Assembly (NCBI GenBank): GCA_031367385.1
Contig: JANLPS010000321.1
Coordinates: 1-14,328 of the forward strand
Reading direction: 5' to 3'
DNA length: 14,328 bases
From: Archangium sp.
Lineage (GTDB): Bacteria > Myxococcota > Myxococcia > Myxococcales > Myxococcaceae
Position 1 is the first letter of the stretch. Each line of letters begins with the position of its first letter. A model generated the notes under the pieces. The model searched no databases and was not told the origin of the DNA. It saw nothing but the letters and a program-made list of their open reading frames with translations. A program made the translations under genes and the position numbers. Positions 1 through 5,388 of this stretch are shown one piece after another.

Positions 1-210
1 CTCGTCGGTGATGGCGTAGCCGCGCTTGACCAATTCAGGCACGTCGTCACGCGCTGGGAGCATTTCGCGCGCTTCGGCGAGCAGGTCGACGACGGGGTAC
101 GGGACTCTGACGAAGTCGTCGCCGAGATGAGCTGCCTCCAACAGCATCGAGTTGTCATTGATCTTCGAGGGAATCACAGCGACCACGGGCGTCTTTGCTT
201 TCTTCGACAT
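1..210 (-). CDS. Hypothetical protein, N-terminal 70 codons (runs off the window's left edge)
   Basis: ATG at 210-208 with AAGGAG 7 nt upstream; open to base 1: MSKKAKTPVVAVIPSKINDNSMLLEAAHLGDDFVRVPYPVVDLLAEAREMLPARDDVPELVKRGYAITDE. Not in the ORF track because it is truncated. Confidence 0.8.
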   Translation of the reverse strand, partial: MSKKAKTPVVAVIPSKINDNSMLLEAAHLGDDFVRVPYPVVDLLAEAREMLPARDDVPELVKRGYAITDE

Positions 211-387
211 TGCGTGCTCCTTGTTGAGGGTGTGAGACCAGTACTGCGCTCGAGTGCATCTCAACGACGACGTGTCGAACGGTGGTGTTCCGAATTCGAT
301 TTATGAAAGTGCGCGATTTCTTTTTCGAATTCGCGATGCAATCGATTCGAAGTCGTTTCGTACGCGCGGCCCTTTTTCACGCACGGC

Positions 388-450
388 GTGTTCGCAGCGC
401 GCACAGCGATGCGGGAAGCGCGCACACTGCTGGTCGAAGCGCGCACCATG
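388..450 (+). repeat. Degenerate 21-bp tandem repeat (3 units)
   Basis: AGCGCGCAC occurs at 396, 417 and 438 (exact 21-nt period). Units: GTGTTCGCAGCGCGCACAGCG / ATGCGGGAAGCGCGCACACTG / CTGGTCGAAGCGCGCACCATG. Confidence 0.7.
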
Positions 451-532
451 ATTCTTGCCTGCGATTTCAAGCGACGCGCGCTTCTCGCGAAGCGCTATCG
501 TTCACGCCTGCCATCGCCGAGCGAGCAAGAAA

Positions 533-1738
533 ATGCCAACCAAGATACCCAAGTCCGCGACCGGCCTGGAGCCCGGCATGGTCTACGCGTTTCGCGTGTA
601 CGACGGGCGCTTCGGCGCCTTTCAAGTTCTCCCCAGCGAGGAGGACGGCATCAAGCTGACCCTCGTGAACCCACTCAATCGGCTCTGGCGGAGCGTGCCG
701 CGCTTGCACGAGGTGTCAGGGGCCAAACTCCGCACCGAAGACCAGCGTGACCTTGGTTTGGGCACTCGCACCGACAGCACGTTCTTACCCCCGGTGCTGC
801 CACCCTGGGCGATACCGATCGGGCGCGGCGCGTTGGTCGGCCAGCAAGCCGGCTACGCCGCGGTCGGGAGCGAGTGGCGTACGGTGTTGGACGTCTGGCG
901 CGACCATTGTCCCGTTGTGAGTCTCGAGGGTTTGCCGGCTGGCAAGAAGGTGCCCCAAGACGTCAACGTGCTGAAGATTTCGGTTCACAGCCCCACCACC
1001 CTTCACCTCCCGGCCACCCTCGAAACCCTCGTGGTCGAAGGCGAAGCGGGCCTCCTGACGGTGAGCGGCATCAGCGGAGCGTTCCCCTTTCATTTGTACC
1101 TCAGTGGAAAACGGGTCGTTGCGTTGCCGCGCGGGCTCGCACAACTCGAGTGCCTTTCGGTGGAGTCAGACTTCTTCGATGCGCGCGCAACCTCGGGCCA
1201 CTCCGAACTGACTGAGTTGGAGCTTCAAGGAGATCACGGGCGGTTGGTTCACGCTGAGGGTCTGGCCACACTGACCAAGCTGCGGACCTTCAAGACCCGC
1301 AACTACTACGAGCTCGATTCCGCCAATTTTCCCGCGCTCGACTCGATTGAGTACCTGTCATTGCGTTGGCTTCTGCGCACCGACGCAGTCGCGCTCAAGA
1401 AGAAGCTGCGGGGCGTGCGACACCACCTGATTCTCGGTACCCGCACCGACCAGTGGGTCGCAGAGAACGTCGAGAACCCTTTCCGCGATTGGGCCGACGA
1501 AAACGGCGCTCTGGGCCGTGCGGCCACCAAAGCCTGGAAAGCTGCCTTGAGCTCGAAGCGCGCCGAGCCCGAGCGGGTCTTGCAGACGCTGATCGGAGAG
1601 CTCAACCGTCTCGATGCGCGGCATGACCTCGAGACCCATCACCGCGAGCAGGCTGCCGATGCTTTTCTCGCGCTCGCAGCGAAGCTTGGCGTGCCGAAGC
1701 GACGCGCCGACAAGATCTTCGCCCAGCGCACGTTTTGA
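533..1738 (+). CDS. Hypothetical protein: Imm26-like N-terminus, degenerate leucine-rich repeats, helical C-terminal domain
   Basis: ORF 455-1738; ATG 533 (MPTKIPK) preferred. N-terminal PGMVYAFRVYDGRFGAFQVL resembles immunity-protein starts. Middle has LxxLxL units (LETLVV, LECLSV, LTELEL, LTKLRTF, IEYLSL). C-terminus ENPFRDW...LNRLD...LETHHRE. Confidence 0.7.
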   Translation: MPTKIPKSATGLEPGMVYAFRVYDGRFGAFQVLPSEEDGIKLTLVNPLNRLWRSVPRLHEVSGAKLRTEDQRDLGLGTRTDSTFLPPVLPPWAIPIGRGALVGQQAGYAAVGSEWRTVLDVWRDHCPVVSLEGLPAGKKVPQDVNVLKISVHSPTTLHLPATLETLVVEGEAGLLTVSGISGAFPFHLYLSGKRVVALPRGLAQLECLSVESDFFDARATSGHSELTELELQGDHGRLVHAEGLATLTKLRTFKTRNYYELDSANFPALDSIEYLSLRWLLRTDAVALKKKLRGVRHHLILGTRTDQWVAENVENPFRDWADENGALGRAATKAWKAALSSKRAEPERVLQTLIGELNRLDARHDLETHHREQAADAFLALAAKLGVPKRRADKIFAQRTF

Positions 1739-1752
1739 CGTCGAGGTGCACC

Positions 1753-3732
1753 TTAGGGCGCGGGCGGGCGCCCGGGGCCGGAGCCCCAACACACGGCGAT
1801 GCCCCCGCTCTTGACGAAGCACATGCCCTGATTGCCAGCAGACTCAGCCAGCGCCTGAGGCGACCCCACAGGAATGGGCACCGTGTACCCGGTATCACCC
1901 CAGCAACGAACCTGACCATCGGTACCAAGCGCGCAGAGCATGTTGCCGCCCCCGTGAATCGCCTGGTACGTGCCGGCCGGAGGCGTCGCGACGCCCTTCG
2001 TGCTCGAGCCCCAACACAGCAGGGTGCCGTTACTCCGAATACCGCACGTCGTCTTCGCCGCAGCTGCAATGGCAAAGAACCGTTCACCAAACGGCACCGC
2101 GATCTGCCCGTCACTGGCAAAGCCCCAGCACGCGGCCGAGCCGTCGGTGCGAACTCCGCAGGTGTGGTTCCCCCCGGCACTGACACTTTGAAACGTGCCC
2201 GACGGAGGCGTCGCACGGCCATACGTATCGTCGCCCCAGCACGCGAGACTGAGGTCAGCTCTCACCGCACACCCGTGCACGCCGCCGACGCTGAGGCTCG
2301 TGAATGCCCCGCTTGGCGAAGCCGTGGCGCCGAACGCGGTCGAGCCCCAGCACGCGATGCCGCCGTCGGTCTTCAGCCCGCATGAATGCGCGAACCCGAC
2401 ATCGACGTCTTCGAATTCGCCCGGGGGCGGCGTGGTCTGCCCGGCGTCTCCGGCGCCCCAGCACACCGGGGTGCGGCCCCTGAGCGCGCAGGCGTGGCCC
2501 GACAGTGTGCTCACCATACGAAACGAATCATGCGGTGGAGTGGCCTTGCCGAAGTTGTTGTCGCCCCAGCACGTGAGCGCTCCGGCAGTATCGGCGGCGC
2601 AAGCATGCGAATACCCGACGCCCAGCGCCGAATAGGTGCCCGTGGGAGCGTGCCTCGCCGGCAAGTCGTACCCCCAGCACACGAGCGCGTGGTCGCTCTT
2701 GAGGCCACACCCAAAGATGCCGGCGAGCCCGAGGTCCAAGTAGCTGCCCGCCGGAGGGCTCGCTTGACCGGCAGAGTTGTTGCCCCAACACGTGGCCGCG
2801 CCGTTCGCATCGAGCGCGCACGCAAAATTGCTCCCGGCTCGCACGTGCGCGAACGCACCCGCCGGCGGAGTCGACACGCCCAGCGAGCTCGAACCCCAGC
2901 ACGCGATCGTGCCGTCGGCCTGGTGAATGGCGCAGCTGAAGTCGCCTCCACTCGCAACCTCTTTGAACGCACCTGCCGGCGGAGTGCTCTGGCCCTGTGC
3001 GTTCGACCCCCAGCAGCTCAGCGTCGCATCGGCCGCGATCGCGCAAGTGTGACCATACCCAGCGCTGATCGAGGTGAAGTGGCCCGCGGGCGCGGTGGTG
3101 TAAGTCGCGATGCCCCAGCACACGGCGCTCCCGTCAGCGCGCAGGCCGCACGCATGGTTTGACCCCGCGCTGATCGCCGCCAAGGTCACCTCGCTCGGCG
3201 AAGACTCGGCGTATGAATCAGAGCCCCAGCACACCGCCAACCCGTCGGCCTTGAGCCCGCACGAGAAATCGAAGCCCCCCGTCAGCGCGATGAACGGGTG
3301 GCTGCGCCACGAGCCGCAGACGTTTCTCCGGCCATTGCCTCCGCAGCTCTCTTCGCCGCTGCACGAGCCACACGCCGCGTGGCGCATCGAACCGCAGAGA
3401 TCAGCCGCGACGGGCTGGCCACAGTTCGCGCCGATGCGTTGACACCAGGCCGAGTCGCTCTCCGCCGGGCACGCTCCGGCATCGACGCCTCCGCCAGCAT
3501 CGGGGCGATTCGAGCCGCCGCCGTCGAGCCCGGGCCCACCCGCATCGGGTGCTGCAGTGCCGGCGTCGAATGAACCCGCATCGAGCGCAACGGTGCCCGC
3601 ATCGGTGACTCCTGCGTCAACGCGCACCGTGCCTGCATCAACACCAGCCACCGCCGCGTCGGCGACCGACCCGCCGGGCGCGACACACGACGAGAGCATC
3701 AGCAGAACCGGGAGAACGACGACCGAGCGCAT
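1753..3732 (-). CDS. RCC1/BLIP-II-type repeat lipoprotein (14 short repeats) with DAG linker and Cys-rich domain
   Basis: ATG 3732 gives MRSVVVLPVLLMLSS-C (lipobox), then a DAG-rich linker, a Cys-rich module (CQRIGANCG...CGSCSGEESCGGNGRRNVCG) and 14 repeats of about 37 aa, consensus F-x-x-(I/V)SAG-x-x-H-x-C-(A/G)-x4-G-x3-CWG-x4-G-x-x-TPP-x-G. Confidence 0.9.
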   Translation of the reverse strand: MRSVVVLPVLLMLSSCVAPGGSVADAAVAGVDAGTVRVDAGVTDAGTVALDAGSFDAGTAAPDAGGPGLDGGGSNRPDAGGGVDAGACPAESDSAWCQRIGANCGQPVAADLCGSMRHAACGSCSGEESCGGNGRRNVCGSWRSHPFIALTGGFDFSCGLKADGLAVCWGSDSYAESSPSEVTLAAISAGSNHACGLRADGSAVCWGIATYTTAPAGHFTSISAGYGHTCAIAADATLSCWGSNAQGQSTPPAGAFKEVASGGDFSCAIHQADGTIACWGSSSLGVSTPPAGAFAHVRAGSNFACALDANGAATCWGNNSAGQASPPAGSYLDLGLAGIFGCGLKSDHALVCWGYDLPARHAPTGTYSALGVGYSHACAADTAGALTCWGDNNFGKATPPHDSFRMVSTLSGHACALRGRTPVCWGAGDAGQTTPPPGEFEDVDVGFAHSCGLKTDGGIACWGSTAFGATASPSGAFTSLSVGGVHGCAVRADLSLACWGDDTYGRATPPSGTFQSVSAGGNHTCGVRTDGSAACWGFASDGQIAVPFGERFFAIAAAAKTTCGIRSNGTLLCWGSSTKGVATPPAGTYQAIHGGGNMLCALGTDGQVRCWGDTGYTVPIPVGSPQALAESAGNQGMCFVKSGGIAVCWGSGPGRPPAP

Positions 3733-3785
3733 AGGGCGCCGTAGCACGCCCGCAGACAGAAGAGCCACCGCCCCCCTGAGCGGCA

Positions 3786-3883
3786 CGTGCGCGTCTTGAG
3801 CGCCCGAATCATCTCGAGGTCCAGCACGTCTTTCGCTCGACCCGCAGCACGCTTCGATCGCTCGAGCCCGTCGAGGGTGTCAT
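3786..3883 (-). pseudogene. Remnant of a nucleotidyltransferase (DUF6036/AbiEii-MenT-like) toxin gene: start codon plus C-terminal ~28 codons only
   Basis: ATG 3883-3881 overlaps the upstream stop (ATGA). Out of frame, 3878 onward reads TLDGLERSKRAAGRAKDVLDLEMIRALK, matching the L-x-x-L-x-x-x-K-x-AAGR-x-KD-x-x-D-L C-terminus of these NTases. The GG/DxD catalytic region is absent. Confidence 0.75.
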
Positions 3884-4071
3884 TTCGTCGACGTGTGTAT
3901 TGCCTCGATGGCGGCCATCAGCGACTGCAACTTCTCGATTCGTTGCGTCGGCGTCAGCTTCAGGTCTTCGTCGATTTGCGTGAGGTCGACGCTCGGCGGC
4001 ATCAACGCCAGGCATCGCTCGTCCCACGTCGGGAGGCCACTCGTGTCTTCGTGCGGCCACGGCTCGTGCAT
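3880..4071 (-). CDS. Small putative antitoxin/partner of a nucleotidyltransferase (63 aa)
   Basis: VDLTQIDEDLKLTPTQRIEKL resembles the VDxxLIxxNLxLTPxER motif of small genes found upstream of such NTases. Its stop is coupled to the NTase remnant. TATCGT lies 6 nt before the ATG. Confidence 0.7.
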   Translation of the reverse strand: MHEPWPHEDTSGLPTWDERCLALMPPSVDLTQIDEDLKLTPTQRIEKLQSLMAAIEAIHTSTK

Positions 4072-4114
4072 GTGCGAACGATACAGCCCATCAACTGGCT
4101 TCGTCGAGGTGCGT

Positions 4115-4474
4115 CTACTTCGCCTTCATCAACCCGCTGAAGCTGGCGACCTCTTTGCCCGCCTTGCCGGTGGTGAACGCCTTGGCGTCGACCGAAATAT
4201 CGAACCCGTCGGCCTTTTGTGAGGCGCGAATCTTCGCCATCACCAGCACGTCGTAGCCGTTGTTCGAGGCATCGGTGAACCGGCACTGACGCACCTCGGT
4301 CTCGCTGCCGTCTTCAGCGGTGAGCGCTTTCAAGCCCGCCTTCGCTTCGGGGCTGAACAACTTGCCCTGCTCGACCTTCTTCGACTTGAGGTCAATGCAG
4401 CCGTCTTTCGAACCGCGAAAGGCGAGCGCCCGTGCAGCGCTCTGAAGTTGGTTGGTCGCGATTTGGTTCGCCAT
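4115..4474 (-). CDS. Hypothetical protein (119 aa), no signal peptide
   Basis: ATG ORF with G/C-ending codons, MANQIATNQLQSAAR...; fills the space between the two TA loci. Confidence 0.75.
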   Translation of the reverse strand: MANQIATNQLQSAARALAFRGSKDGCIDLKSKKVEQGKLFSPEAKAGLKALTAEDGSETEVRQCRFTDASNNGYDVLVMAKIRASQKADGFDISVDAKAFTTGKAGKEVASFSGLMKAK

Positions 4475-4481
4475 GCTTGAG

Positions 4482-4508
4482 ATATCGGTCTGCGCCCACC
4501 GAAGTTGT
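4482..4508 (-). promoter_or_regulatory. sigma28/FliA-like promoter for 4115-4474
   Basis: Minus strand ACAACTTC-N11-ACCGATAT versus consensus TAAAGTTT-N11-GCCGATAA; the -10 ends 7 nt before the ATG. Confidence 0.45.
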
Positions 4509-4511
4509 CTC

Positions 4512-4526
4512 TCTCAGGGTCTGAGA
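4512..4526. promoter_or_regulatory. Inverted repeat, candidate operator between divergent promoters
   Basis: TCTCAG-GGT-CTGAGA, a perfect 6-bp inverted repeat overlapping the expected -35 of the menA-like promoter. Confidence 0.35.
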
Positions 4527-4542
4527 AATCGGTCATGAGTCC

Positions 4543-4551
4543 TGGTACGAT
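4543..4551 (+). promoter_or_regulatory. Extended -10 element (TG-n-TACGAT) for the TA operon
   Basis: TGGTACGAT lies 7 nt upstream of GTG 4559, with no clear Shine-Dalgarno sequence, consistent with a leaderless transcript. Confidence 0.5.
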
Positions 4552-4558
4552 GGGGTGC

Positions 4559-4762
4559 GTGACCCCCCCAGCCGCCTTGAGCCCAGACGAAAAACTCCGG
4601 GTCGCGCTCGAGCTCCATGACCTGGGCGTCGCGATGATGCGCGAGAACCTGCGCCGGCGTTTTCCTCTCGACACGCACGATCAGACAGAGCTGCGCCTGA
4701 TTGAGTGGCTCCAAATTCGGCCAGGGGCCGAGCTCGGCGACGCGATCGGTCGCAGCCGATGA
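4559..4762 (+). CDS. menA1: MenA1-like (Rv0078B family) antitoxin
   Basis: EKLRVALELHDLGVAMMRENLRRRFP...LIEWLQIRPGAELGDAIG parallels recalled Rv0078B (QKLRLALDMYEVGEQMQRMRL...IDAWRMTRPGAEEGDSAG). GTG 4559 preferred as start; ATG 4535 and 4550 are alternatives. Stop overlaps the toxin start. Confidence 0.85.
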   Translation: MTPPAALSPDEKLRVALELHDLGVAMMRENLRRRFPLDTHDQTELRLIEWLQIRPGAELGDAIGRSR

Positions 4763-5343
4763 TGACGGTCTCCGTCGCGTTGGGGCAGGCCCTCGAAGCG
4801 TTGCGCAACGAACCGATCGCGCTGGTTGGCGGGCTCGCGGTCTCAGCGCGGAGTGAGCCTCGCTTCACGCGTGACGTCGACCTCGCGGTCGCGGTGAAGC
4901 GTGACAGCGACGCAGAGGCACTGGTGCGTCGCCTGGTCGGCAGCGGATATCGGGTCGCCGCTCAAATCGAGCAGGAGGCGACTGGTCGATTGGCGACTGT
5001 GCGTTTGCTGCCGGTCGATGGTGCGGTGGTGCTCGACCTCTTGTTTGCCTCGTCTGGCATCGAGTCAGAGATCGTACATTCGTCGACCCGCCTGACGCTG
5101 TTCGCAGATGTCACGGTGCCCGTCGCATCAATCGGCCATCTGATTGCACTCAAGTTGCTCTCTCGCTCGCCACGTCGGGCGCAAGACGACTCCGACCTTC
5201 GGGCCCTTCATGCCGTCGCTGATGCGGCCGCCCTCGCGGAGGCCCGGTCGGCCCTCGATCTGATCACCTCGCGAGGGTACGCACGTGACAAGCACCTCCA
5301 GAGCGAATTCAACGACTGGCTTCGGCTGATGACGGCGACGTAA
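4759..5343 (+). CDS. menT1: MenT1-like (Rv0078A; AbiEii/DUF1814-type) nucleotidyltransferase toxin
   Basis: ALVGGLAVSARSEPRFTRDVD, DLLFASSGIE, HLIALKLL, RRAQDDSDLRAL and LITSRGY match recalled Rv0078A motifs. ATGA overlap with the antitoxin (ATG 4759 or 4762). Confidence 0.9.
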   Translation: MMTVSVALGQALEALRNEPIALVGGLAVSARSEPRFTRDVDLAVAVKRDSDAEALVRRLVGSGYRVAAQIEQEATGRLATVRLLPVDGAVVLDLLFASSGIESEIVHSSTRLTLFADVTVPVASIGHLIALKLLSRSPRRAQDDSDLRALHAVADAAALAEARSALDLITSRGYARDKHLQSEFNDWLRLMTAT

Positions 5344-5388
5344 CGAACTCACCCACAAGGCCCGCTTGCAGTAGGCTCCAAAGCCCTC

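Noticed and set aside
388..450. 21-bp repeats as a CRISPR array
   Set aside because: The identical core is only 9 bp, the intervals are 12 nt, and there are no cas genes.
254..750. Short overlapping ORFs 254-451, 261-470, 282-659 and 388-750
   Set aside because: No ribosome-binding site, atypical composition, and overlap with the periodic tract or the 533 gene; none is supportable as an intact gene.
1753..3300. Recurrent CCCCAGCAC every ~111 nt as a DNA repeat array or DGR
   Set aside because: Fully explained by CWG codons of the protein repeats; no reverse transcriptase or TR/VR pair.
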